NCBI GenBank assembly: GCA_003963305.1
Contig: RXJR01000003.1
Location: 113,706-177,705 of the forward strand
DNA: 64,000 nucleotides
From: Candidatus Melainabacteria bacterium
GTDB taxonomy: Bacteria; Cyanobacteriota; Vampirovibrionia; Obscuribacterales; Obscuribacteraceae
Reading direction: 5' to 3'
Of this stretch, positions 37,267 through 46,000 are shown piece by piece; positions within the stretch are counted from its first letter, which is position 1; every line of letters begins with the position of its first letter. The notes beneath the pieces are model-generated. The model worked only from the letters and a program-made list of their open reading frames with translations, was not told where the DNA came from and ran no database searches. Made by a program: the position numbers and the translations under genes.

Positions 37267-37295
37267 CGCAGAATCGTGTCATATCCGATTCTGCG
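37267..37295 (+). promoter_or_regulatory. Perfect 10-bp inverted repeat (cgcagaatcg-N9-cgattctgcg) ending 6 nt before the rhomboid start codon
   Basis: Read directly. The arms are exact reverse complements. The repeat occupies the position where a ribosome-binding site would be expected. Confidence 0.4.
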
Positions 37296-37301
37296 GTAAA
37301 G

Positions 37302-38618
37302 ATGGTGTCAGCAGTCAGAATAATCATTGCATTGAACGTCGCCTGTTTTATCGCGATGGTATGCAGCTCGTCTGTTCAATCGCTTTTAATTCCATCTTCA
37401 ATGACATTATTGAACTGGGGGGCCAGTTCAGCATCTGAAACTATCGCTGCACATCAGTTCTGGCGACTGTTTACTTGCTCGTTTGTTCACGCAGGTATTC
37501 TGCACCTGGGCATCAACTTGTTCGTGCTGCGAGATATCGGGCGGGAAGTAGAAAAAGCATATGGACATCTTTCCTTTTCTCTCATCTACTTGCTTTCCGC
37601 GTGCGGTGGAGCGCTCACCAGTATCTTTGTCAACCCGCTCTTGATCAGTGCCGGGGCATCCGGAGCTATTTTTGGAAGCTTTGGTGCAATGCTAGCTGTG
37701 GTCTGGCGTCGACCTGAAAATTTTCCCAGAGGTTATTTGCTCCTCCATGGAAAAATCGTTGGTTTCTTAATTTTGTACAGCATAGTTTTCAGCTTTATCG
37801 ATAAGAACACTGATAACGCTGCGCACTTCGGCGGCTGTTTGGTTGGATTCCTTGCCGGGCTGTGCTTTCTGCCAGTGCAGCGGAATCAGCCGGAGAGTTT
37901 GAAAAAGACAGGCGCGGCTCTTTTGATTTTGGCGCTGTTTGCCGTCACTTTTTTTGCGTATCGCCAACTTTCCAATCGTCCCGATGTTCTTGCCGAAACT
38001 TACTATCGCAAGGCGGTGCAGATGCTCAAAGAAAAGAATTACGCAGCCGCTCTGCCTTTGCTTGATATGACCATTGCAAAGGCTCCAGATAATGCCAACG
38101 CATATTGCGACCGAGCCAGAGCCAATCTCGAGCTGAAGCACTTCGACCGGGCTATTGCTGATTGCACCAGTGCCCTACGTGATAAAAATGTTGAGAGCAG
38201 CGCATATGCGATTCGTGCGGCGATATATCAAAAGATTGGAAATTACGCTGCGTCTGTCAAAGACCTCACCAGTCTGATCGACCTGGATGCTAAAGACTCG
38301 ATGGCATACAATAACCGTGCCTGGAGCGAGGAAGCGCTTGGACAGTTAGATGCAGCGGTGCGCGACTGTGATAACTCGCTCCGGTTGAAGAGTGATAGTG
38401 CCACCACTTATGATACTAGAGGCGTGGCGCATATTTTGCTCAACGATTTTGAGCGAGCTAAAGTCGATCTCGCGCAAGCAATCAAGCTCAAACAGAACGA
38501 CGGCGCATTCTACTATCATCTTATGATTGCGAAAAGGAGAGCTGGACAGTCATTCGACCTCGAACGACAGAAGTTCCTGGAACTGGGCTACACCCCTGAG
38601 TCTTGGGAGCCCAGGTGA
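37302..38618 (+). CDS. Rhomboid-family intramembrane serine protease fused to C-terminal TPR domain
   Basis: Rhomboid motifs HAGILHLGINLF, catalytic GASGAIFG and NAAHFGG. The C-terminal 200 aa or so holds TPR repeats (for example YYRKAVQMLKEKNYAAALPLL and ANAYCDRARANLELKHFDRAI). Confidence 0.85.
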   Translation: MVSAVRIIIALNVACFIAMVCSSSVQSLLIPSSMTLLNWGASSASETIAAHQFWRLFTCSFVHAGILHLGINLFVLRDIGREVEKAYGHLSFSLIYLLSACGGALTSIFVNPLLISAGASGAIFGSFGAMLAVVWRRPENFPRGYLLLHGKIVGFLILYSIVFSFIDKNTDNAAHFGGCLVGFLAGLCFLPVQRNQPESLKKTGAALLILALFAVTFFAYRQLSNRPDVLAETYYRKAVQMLKEKNYAAALPLLDMTIAKAPDNANAYCDRARANLELKHFDRAIADCTSALRDKNVESSAYAIRAAIYQKIGNYAASVKDLTSLIDLDAKDSMAYNNRAWSEEALGQLDAAVRDCDNSLRLKSDSATTYDTRGVAHILLNDFERAKVDLAQAIKLKQNDGAFYYHLMIAKRRAGQSFDLERQKFLELGYTPESWEPR

Positions 38619-38620
38619 GT

Positions 38621-40354
38621 TTATGGAATGAAATTGGCGAGGTCAGCCAGGAGCGCCGGTATAGAGGTGAGTACGAGCATGACAATCCAGAAAATCGGAG
38701 AATCTCCCTTTTTCAGGCTCAGTAAAAAGCCCAAGGAACCGAACGCCATGAGTGTGAAGATCAGTTTGGCGCTATGCCTCAATACCATAAGCCAGATTGC
38801 ATTAGGCTGGTTCGCAAATACGATAGTGGTCAAAGGTCTGATACCGCTTTTCCCGATCCATTCGAATAGAGGTTTGACTGCCAGCAACTCCTTTGGTCTG
38901 CCGTCTTCGAGTGAGATGAAAAACTGAGCATCTGTATGCGCCCCAATGACCGGCTTTCCATCTTGCTCAAATGGTTTGATGATGAAAACGTTGATCGTTT
39001 GGTGTGCGGCAACGAATTTTACATTGAAGCAGCTTATAGTGCCTGGCTCAGGTTTCTCAGGCTCCATCTTCGCTTTTGAGAACACTAATTCTTTATACAG
39101 GTCAAGTTTCTTTTGCTCAATGTCCTCTCCCGACTTGGTATTACCGTCGGTGACTTGTTTAAAGACAACCAGGTGTTCCTTTTCATCGTATGGATTGAAG
39201 TATTTCCCGACCGCTTCAGCCGTGGTTGGATAACTGTGATTCTTGTCGAAATATGCCTGAACTCGTTCCGAAATCTTCTGCGCTTCACCGGTCAGTACAT
39301 TTTCTGGTGCGCGTGCCTCGAACAGTTCGATGTTTGATTCGACGTCCTTAACGCCGTGCTCTGTTTTTGCCAGGAATATCTGTTTTTGAAATGGGCTGAG
39401 TGCGATCACGTCGACGAAGTCACGTGGATCGCTGAAGAAGAAACGTACCGGAGTTTTGACATTGTCGCCGCCGATCTGAAACTGTGCCGTAGATGCGTCG
39501 AGTAGCTTGAAACCCTTCTCGTGCTCTGCTGACCAGAAGTCGCGGGGAAATGTATCGAAAAGTTGATTTTGTCGCGGCACGATGTTGTAGCCGACCGCAA
39601 CGACAATGGCGATAACGGCCATGACTCCGAAGCGTATGAACATCTTTTTTTGCTTCACTTCAGGAGCTTCTACTTCCTGAACCGGTGCCATGTCGTTTGT
39701 GGACCCAAATACTTTCTCGATAAATTTTTCGAAGGCAGATTGCTCGAGGCTGCCTATTTCGCGTCGGCTGCCGCCTCCACCTCCGCTGTATTCAGGCTTT
39801 TGTGCCAGTTCGTCGAGAGCACTCTTGCGGTTTACTGTGCCGCCTGACCGAGCCCCTTCGCCAGATTGCGTCGGGCGAGGCCCGCCGCCTGTGCGGATGT
39901 CAGGTGGGGCTCGAAATCCACTATCTCTTTCCTGGTCGCGATCTCGTCCCGGTGGTTTGACATTGCGGTCTTCCAACCTCAGACCGGGCATCATACTGGC
40001 GATTTGAAACAGTGCCGTCATCAAAGGATTTTCAGCCGAACCGCCGGAATCGAGCTTTTCTTTTTTCGCTGCTGCTTTCTTGCGCAGGGCAGTTTTTGAG
40101 GGTGGAGCAGCGTAAGACGCATAGCCGGAGCCATCTTCAGGCTCGTTATGTACTCCATAATTCAGGTCAGGCTCTGGCTCATTCCGGTACGACTGCGCGG
40201 GTTGTTTTCGGGGAATCGCCTTGCGCGGCATCGGCATGCTGTTGGGCGACAGTTTCTGATTTGATCCGGTTCCAAACTGCGGCGATTGACCAGGCTGACC
40301 TGAGCCGGTCATCTCGTGCTCTTCGTCTTCGTAATCGTATGGTCCGTTCGACAT
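38621..40354 (-). CDS. Hypothetical membrane protein with disordered Pro/Gly/Arg-rich N-terminus
   Basis: 577-aa ORF. Disordered region of about 230 aa, TM FGVMAVIAIVVAVGYNIV, a soluble domain of about 270 aa, and C-terminal TM helices. No recognised domain. Confidence 0.5.
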   Translation of the reverse strand: MSNGPYDYEDEEHEMTGSGQPGQSPQFGTGSNQKLSPNSMPMPRKAIPRKQPAQSYRNEPEPDLNYGVHNEPEDGSGYASYAAPPSKTALRKKAAAKKEKLDSGGSAENPLMTALFQIASMMPGLRLEDRNVKPPGRDRDQERDSGFRAPPDIRTGGGPRPTQSGEGARSGGTVNRKSALDELAQKPEYSGGGGGSRREIGSLEQSAFEKFIEKVFGSTNDMAPVQEVEAPEVKQKKMFIRFGVMAVIAIVVAVGYNIVPRQNQLFDTFPRDFWSAEHEKGFKLLDASTAQFQIGGDNVKTPVRFFFSDPRDFVDVIALSPFQKQIFLAKTEHGVKDVESNIELFEARAPENVLTGEAQKISERVQAYFDKNHSYPTTAEAVGKYFNPYDEKEHLVVFKQVTDGNTKSGEDIEQKKLDLYKELVFSKAKMEPEKPEPGTISCFNVKFVAAHQTINVFIIKPFEQDGKPVIGAHTDAQFFISLEDGRPKELLAVKPLFEWIGKSGIRPLTTIVFANQPNAIWLMVLRHSAKLIFTLMAFGSLGFLLSLKKGDSPIFWIVMLVLTSIPALLADLANFIP

Positions 40355-40745
40355 ACATCCTGGCCTGTTACATGACTGCTAGTTCGCCGCGCCCCCGGTT
40401 GCACCGTGTATCGTAACTGAGCTGTCCCCAGCTATCTGCCCGTATTGTCCGTAGCCCTAACAGGTCTGATAATCGCTTCACCCACGTTCCGTCAGAATTG
40501 GCCGCTCTGACGCTTATTTTGGACTGCTGTCATCGGGCGTTTGTAATTTCATATGTTCGTTCCATGGCGCTGCGACACTATATCCGGTGTCAATCGCAAG
40601 TAATACGGCATCGCCAATTTTAGTTGTCGAGCTGTAACAAGTGGAGAAAAACAGCGCAAATGAAAGTCACAGATTTAAAACAAGCTGTCTTGACATGTTA
40701 GGATCTGCCCTGAGGATAGGACCACCTCAGCAAAGGAGTTCCAAC

Positions 40746-41933
40746 GTGTCAGCAGTTCTCGAACAAGTTCTACCGTCATCCCATCCACTGGCAGACATCG
40801 GGCTGAAAGTCCAGGCTGGTCAGCGGTTAAGCAGAGAAGACGCGATCCGTCTTTACGAGTCAGATGATTTGTTGGCAGTAGGTGCGCTCGGTGAGTTTGC
40901 TCGCAGGCGCAAAGCCGGACCAGGTCGTGAGAAGTATGTGTATTACATTCACAACATGCATCTCAATCCCACCAATTTTTGCATCGAGACTTGCCGTTTT
41001 TGCTCTTACGCCAATCCCGAAGGCAAGGGAAAAGCCTACACCTGGACTGTAGATCAGGTACTGGCAGAAGCGAAAAAGGGTTCCGACCTGGGAATTAATG
41101 AAATCCATATGGTCGGTGGGCTTAACCCCGCCTGCGATCTCGAATATTACGAGGAAGTGTTGAAGGCTATTAAGGCCGAGTTCCCGCACATCCATATGAA
41201 AGCCATGACGGCTGTCGAAATTGAGTATCTGGCCAACCTCGAACACATTTCTTATGAAGACACGCTCAAGCGGTTAATCGCAGCTGGGCTCGGCTCCATG
41301 CCGGGCGGCGGCGCTGAGATTTTTGATGAAGAAGTTCGTCGGGCCATGCACGTCAAGAAAACACCAGCAGACGTCTGGTTGGAGATTCACGGCATTGCTC
41401 ATCAGTTGGGATTAAAGACAAACGCAACCATGCTGACTGGTATCGGCGAGAGTCGTGAGAACAAAATCGACCATATTCTTTTGTTGCGCAACCAGCAAGA
41501 TTTGACCGGCGGCTTTCAGTGTTTCATTCCGCTCAAATGTTATTACGACGGCACTACTATCGCAGACGAGGTTGTTGAACCGAGTGATGAGGAATTATTG
41601 CGAGACATCGCCATTTCTCGTTTGCTTCTCGATAATTTCGACCACATTAAAGCGTACTGGATTCAGCTGGGCGTTGAACTTGCACAGCTTGCTCTCTCTT
41701 TTGGTGCAGATGATTTAGACGGCACGATTGTGGAAGAGAAAATCACTCATGCTGCTGGTGCGAAAACACCTTTGCAACTTGCGAAAGATAAAATGGAGCA
41801 CTTGATATCCGGTGCCGGTTACATACCTGTTGAACGTGACACTATCTATAACATCAGGCGGGTTGCCGATTTGCAGCCTCAATCGGTTACCCCAATATCC
41901 GAGCGTGTTGCGGCATTAGCGCATTCTAAATAA
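40746..41933 (+). CDS. Radical SAM menaquinone (futalosine pathway) enzyme, MqnE/MqnC family
   Basis: Cluster motif NPTNFCIETCRFCSYA, with CofH/MqnE-like length and layout. Start set at GTG 40746, 7 nt after AAGGAG, instead of the far-upstream GTG 40641. I cannot separate MqnE from MqnC by eye. Confidence 0.8.
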   Translation: MSAVLEQVLPSSHPLADIGLKVQAGQRLSREDAIRLYESDDLLAVGALGEFARRRKAGPGREKYVYYIHNMHLNPTNFCIETCRFCSYANPEGKGKAYTWTVDQVLAEAKKGSDLGINEIHMVGGLNPACDLEYYEEVLKAIKAEFPHIHMKAMTAVEIEYLANLEHISYEDTLKRLIAAGLGSMPGGGAEIFDEEVRRAMHVKKTPADVWLEIHGIAHQLGLKTNATMLTGIGESRENKIDHILLLRNQQDLTGGFQCFIPLKCYYDGTTIADEVVEPSDEELLRDIAISRLLLDNFDHIKAYWIQLGVELAQLALSFGADDLDGTIVEEKITHAAGAKTPLQLAKDKMEHLISGAGYIPVERDTIYNIRRVADLQPQSVTPISERVAALAHSK

Positions 41934-42043
41934 ATCTAGTCTCTTAACCTGACCTTAACCGAAAAAGCACGACAATTGATATATGTCTCAATCGAGACCG
42001 ATATCAAACGATATCCAATGTCATCCCCGGCGTAGGAGTTTTT

Positions 42044-42145
42044 ATGACGATCGTGAGCGGCCTGACCATTGTGGTTTTGTCTGCAGCATTAGCAATGTGG
42101 TTGAACGACAACTTTTCTTTCGGCGGCAGTCTAGCCGACGAGTAG
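42044..42145 (+). CDS. Candidate 33-aa single-TM peptide
   Basis: My own translation: MTIVSGLTIVVLSAALAMWLNDNFSFGGSLADE. AGGAG lies 5 nt upstream of the ATG. This is a different frame from the 66-aa track ORF (41983-42183). Confidence 0.3.
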   Translation: MTIVSGLTIVVLSAALAMWLNDNFSFGGSLADE

Positions 42146-42172
42146 CGTCAAAAAACTTTCTCATTCAAAGCT

Positions 42173-43546
42173 TTATAAACTGAACTGACCCATCTGGTTT
42201 GCTCTCTGGATCATGAGCTGCACCGGTGCGCCCTGCTGTTTTCTTGAGAGTATCTGATTGGCATCAGCCATACTCTTCACGACATTACCGTCTACGGCTT
42301 TGATCAGGTCTCCCTGTTGCAGTCCCACGTGGGCAGCCCGTGAGGCAATACCGATCTGGACTATCTGCAGACCGTCATGTGCAGGCTTGGCAATGATACC
42401 GATACCGGCCATGAAGTCTATATTTTGAGCAGGTTGAACAGCCGGAGCAACATAGTTTTGTTGAGGCGGCATTTGCTGCGGTTGTTGTTGCGCTAGCGCC
42501 TTTTTGTCTTTCTTCGCAGGCTTGGTCGGTTTGCCATCCATGCCCACTCCGCCGGTCGCTTGCTGGTACTGCTGCCACTGTTGATCGTTCTGCTTCTGCG
42601 CCTCTTCCCCTGCTTTTAGATTGGCTGAAAGCTGTTGTACTGCCTGCTGGTAGCGAGGCTCTTTGGGTTCGAGTTTGAGAGCTTGTTTGTAGTAGACAAG
42701 CGCGTCAGTGTAGTTTTTAGTGACGAAATAGAGGGTGCCGATGTTGTACTTTACCAGTGCCTTATTCGGTGCTTTGGCATCTAATTGTTTGTACAGATCG
42801 AGTGCCGAAAAATATTCCTGACGTTTGTAAGCGGCGGCCGCATCTTCTGCTAATACGCGCAATTCACCGGCTTTGTCGTCATTCTTTTTTCGTGCCGTCA
42901 ATTTTTTTTCTACGGCGGTGATTGCTTCCTGATAGTCGCGATTGTTTGGATTTTCCTCTGCTGCTTTGTGGTAGCAGGCGGAAGCTTCCACTAAATTGTT
43001 GGCAGATTCGTAAACGACACCGAGGTTGAAGTGCGCTTCCGAGTTGTGTTGATCGAGTCGCAGCACTTGTTCAAAGCGTTCAATGGCCTGCGGTCCTCTT
43101 TTCTGACGCCACAGCTCTACGCCCTCGGCAAGCAGTTTGGCTACTTCTTCTTCACGTGCAGCCATGACAGCGATGCGGGCTCTTTCCATCTCCGCCTGCG
43201 GGTCTGCCTTTTGCACCGGTTGTGGTGGCGGCGCGGCGGCCACGGGCTCAGCCGGTGCACCAGTAACGGTGCCATCAGGGTTTACTTGTGGACCTACTGC
43301 AGTCTTAACTCGTTCCAGTCTCTGAGCAAAATCACCAGGCACGGCGTCGCCGAAAATGCGTTTCTCAATTCTTGCCAGCCGTGCTTCGTTGTCGTCGTCA
43401 CTGTATGTCTTGAAAAAAAGCTTTTGCTCCATAGCCCCAAGCGTGGCTTTATCGCCGGTTTCAGCACCCTTGGCCAGGCTGACCAGGGGGGCACTGCATA
43501 TGATGGCGACGCTGAGAAGGAGAGCTTTTACTTTTCCTTGATCCAT
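42173..43546 (-). CDS. Secreted TPR-repeat protein with C-terminal PDZ domain
   Basis: Signal peptide LLLSVAIICSAPLVSLAKG. TPR repeats (AHFNLGVVYESANNLVEASACYHKA and others). Gln/Pro-rich linker. PDZ-like GIGIIAKPAHDGLQIVQIGIASRAAHVGLQQGDLIKAVDGNVV. Confidence 0.75.
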   Translation of the reverse strand: MDQGKVKALLLSVAIICSAPLVSLAKGAETGDKATLGAMEQKLFFKTYSDDDNEARLARIEKRIFGDAVPGDFAQRLERVKTAVGPQVNPDGTVTGAPAEPVAAAPPPQPVQKADPQAEMERARIAVMAAREEEVAKLLAEGVELWRQKRGPQAIERFEQVLRLDQHNSEAHFNLGVVYESANNLVEASACYHKAAEENPNNRDYQEAITAVEKKLTARKKNDDKAGELRVLAEDAAAAYKRQEYFSALDLYKQLDAKAPNKALVKYNIGTLYFVTKNYTDALVYYKQALKLEPKEPRYQQAVQQLSANLKAGEEAQKQNDQQWQQYQQATGGVGMDGKPTKPAKKDKKALAQQQPQQMPPQQNYVAPAVQPAQNIDFMAGIGIIAKPAHDGLQIVQIGIASRAAHVGLQQGDLIKAVDGNVVKSMADANQILSRKQQGAPVQLMIQRANQMGQFSL

Positions 43547-44256
43547 TGTTTGACTTTCTCCATCGGAAAGCCTTTACCAAAGCTGCCAGGAACGAAATCT
43601 TGCTCGCCGGCTTGCTTTATATGCGATTCCCAGCCTTGCACGAGAGTAATTGAAGTTCGCTGTGTGCCCTGCGGGAACGCATGAAGGGGGGCTGCCTGCA
43701 TTAATGCTATCATCTGCAGCCGATCGTATGCCGGATTGCCCGAACTTTGCTTCAAAAACATATTGCCGATTTGACCGTTGTTGTAACAGGTAAATTGGAT
43801 CAAAGCCGGGCGGGCTGTAACGAATTCGTTGCCGACTACTTCTTCGTTCATTCGCAAGACGTAGTACCATCGGTCCGCCAGCTTAGCGATCCAGCCTGAC
43901 CAGTCGACTGCATATTCCTGCAGATAACTTTTATCAGGTTCGGATTTTTCCGGTTGAATTGCCATCGCCGGCACAGATGTTTCGGCCGAACCGGCAAAGG
44001 CCATCTGCGGTGGTGCCTGTTTGGGCGCCAGTGCTCCCAGATTACTCGTGTCCACCTCACTGCGGCTCAGTCGTGACTGGCTTGTTGTCATTGCCTTGAG
44101 CTTGTAAAGCTGATTTGAATCCTGAGCCTGTCCTGCAGTTGCTAAAAGACAGGCGAACCCGGAAGCAAGTGACAGGTAAATAAATTGGCGTCCTGAATTC
44201 ATGACAAACCCCGGTGGAAGTTGGTCCGGGCTATTCCCCGACTCATATAGCATCAC
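43528..44256 (-). CDS. Secreted protein with C-terminal domain paralogous to that of the 54536-55390 product (possibly TonB_C-like)
   Basis: Signal/anchor FIYLSLASGFACLLATAGQA. The C-terminal block VDWSGWIAKLADRWY...GNPAYDRLQMIALMQAAPLHAFPQG parallels IAWNEWHRRVAAAVY...GNPIFNAIVLTAINSLNGNMAILAFPPG. Overlaps the next gene by 19 nt. Confidence 0.45.
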   Translation of the reverse strand: MMLYESGNSPDQLPPGFVMNSGRQFIYLSLASGFACLLATAGQAQDSNQLYKLKAMTTSQSRLSRSEVDTSNLGALAPKQAPPQMAFAGSAETSVPAMAIQPEKSEPDKSYLQEYAVDWSGWIAKLADRWYYVLRMNEEVVGNEFVTARPALIQFTCYNNGQIGNMFLKQSSGNPAYDRLQMIALMQAAPLHAFPQGTQRTSITLVQGWESHIKQAGEQDFVPGSFGKGFPMEKVKQWIKEK

Positions 44257-44456
44257 TATATGAATCGCTGCCGGGTCTGTAACTGGTGAAACTACGTAGC
44301 CAGTGCGCTTAGAACAGTCTCACCCTCTCTCTGGCTACGGGTCGCTAAGTAGAAGCCGACTCTGCCTGCTCTAATTAACTTGCTACCGTATACTTTCAAA
44401 ACGGCTGAACTTTTTTTCCATATTTACAGTCTTAATGAAAGTAGGTTACCCGAGGT

Positions 44457-45626
44457 TTGCCAATGAGTTCTGGCCCGATGAACGTGGATGACGATTTGTG
44501 GACCGACAATGAGCAAGCACACTGGTTGGCGTTTGACCAGCTTTCTGGGCCGGGTCTTGGCGTTACCCGTATCAAGCGTTTGTTTCAGGAGTTGCATTCG
44601 CTGGCCGAGGCCTGGACTGCCAGCCGCGATCAGTTGCGATCGCTGGATATACTCAAGTTGGATGTCATCGATGCCTTTATAGAAAAGCGCAAATCCATAG
44701 ATCCGTCGGCACTTCTAGAGAAAGTGCGCAAGGAAAATATTCAGGTATATCCTCTCTATCACCCGGTCTATCCGATGCGGTTGCGAGAGATTCACGATCC
44801 GCCCGTAGTTTTGTACGTTAATGGGCGGCTCACTCCTGACGACATGATTTATGCCGTAGGAGTCGTCGGAACGCGGCGACCGACCAGCTATGGCACTAAG
44901 TATGCCAAAGAAATTTCACGAAATCTAGCTCGCGCTGGTGCCACGATTGTAAGCGGCATGGCAGTTGGCGTCGACTCTCTGGCGCACTGGGGTGCCATTG
45001 AAGGTGGTGGCAGAACAGTGGCTGTTCTGGGCTGCGGACCCGATGTTTGCTATCCTTCGGGCAACCGTCCTCTCTTCAAGTCGCTCGTAAGCGGCGAACA
45101 CGGGGCTGTTGTGTCCGAGTTCTTCCCCGGTACAAGACCTGAACCATGGCGATTTCCGGCTAGAAATCGCATTATCAGCGGCTTGTCAAAGGGGCTGGCT
45201 GTAATTGAGGCGGGTGAGACTTCCGGCTCTTTGATCACCGCCAAAATTGCTTTTGAGCAAAATCGTGAAGTTTTTGCTCTGCCTGGGCGCGTCGATAACC
45301 CGATGTCCAGAGGCACAAACAAGTTGATTAGCGCGCAGACGGCTCATGTTCTGACCAGCCACGAAGACATTTTGAACGAGTTGAGTTGGACCAGTGCACC
45401 ATCGAACGGGCCGATACCGGTTGTGGTTGAGCTTTTTGGTAAAGAAAAAGAGGTTTTCGAGCTGATTAGCGCCGAACCGGTTCACTTTGACCATTTAATC
45501 GAGCGATCGGGGCTGCACTCAGGCGAGCTTTCGGCCACCTTGACGATGCTCGAGCTGGCCGGAGTAGTCGAGAGGTTGCCTGGTGATTGGTACTCTCGTC
45601 AGACCACCAGTTTTATGAGCAAGTGA
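44457..45626 (+). CDS. dprA: DNA-processing protein DprA (Smf)
   Basis: VVGTRRPTSYG, SGMAVGVDSLAH, GSLITAKIAFEQNREVFALPG, and a C-terminal winged-helix-like region. Confidence 0.9.
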   Translation: MPMSSGPMNVDDDLWTDNEQAHWLAFDQLSGPGLGVTRIKRLFQELHSLAEAWTASRDQLRSLDILKLDVIDAFIEKRKSIDPSALLEKVRKENIQVYPLYHPVYPMRLREIHDPPVVLYVNGRLTPDDMIYAVGVVGTRRPTSYGTKYAKEISRNLARAGATIVSGMAVGVDSLAHWGAIEGGGRTVAVLGCGPDVCYPSGNRPLFKSLVSGEHGAVVSEFFPGTRPEPWRFPARNRIISGLSKGLAVIEAGETSGSLITAKIAFEQNREVFALPGRVDNPMSRGTNKLISAQTAHVLTSHEDILNELSWTSAPSNGPIPVVVELFGKEKEVFELISAEPVHFDHLIERSGLHSGELSATLTMLELAGVVERLPGDWYSRQTTSFMSK

Positions 45627-46000
45627 AACACTGCAGACCGTTTTGAGCACCTGACGACCGTCTTGCGCGAGTGTCGGATAATGCTGTTGGCTCGGTTTCG
45701 TCGATGAGTCTTTTGACAATGTGGAAAATTTGAGCCAATTTGTGTCAGTCAAGCGGCCCTAAGAGTGGCACAAGAGGCTTAGAAAGAGGTATTGTAATTG
45801 CAGGTGTTTTATTGCTTAAAGCTTGGCGGCTTGGCTATTTCATCTACTTAATCCTGTCGAATTTAAGTGCATATTTTGCACGGCGACGTGTAGGCGCGTG
45901 ATTCCAGGGTATCTTAATTGTTGGGGAGCTCTTCGCATTTGTCGATGCAGCGTGGGCGAGCGTCAATATTTTTCAGTGAGGTTATCGGAATTCAACTGAT

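Noticed and set aside
40641-40745. N-terminal 35-aa extension of the Mqn radical SAM ORF (GTG 40641)
   Set aside because: The extension is not homologous-looking. AAGGAG lies 7 nt before GTG 40746, and a TTGACA box at 40690 would fall inside the extended ORF. I prefer the shorter start.
41983-42183. 66-aa plus-strand ORF between the mqn gene and the TPR-PDZ gene
   Set aside because: The product is Arg/Ser-rich with no RBS. A shorter ORF in another frame with a strong AGGAG is more plausible, although that one is still low confidence.
43031-43684. 217-aa plus-strand ORF
   Set aside because: It is antisense to the TPR-PDZ gene and the overlapping upstream gene, which have clear domain signatures. 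Its product is Cys/Arg/Ser-rich.
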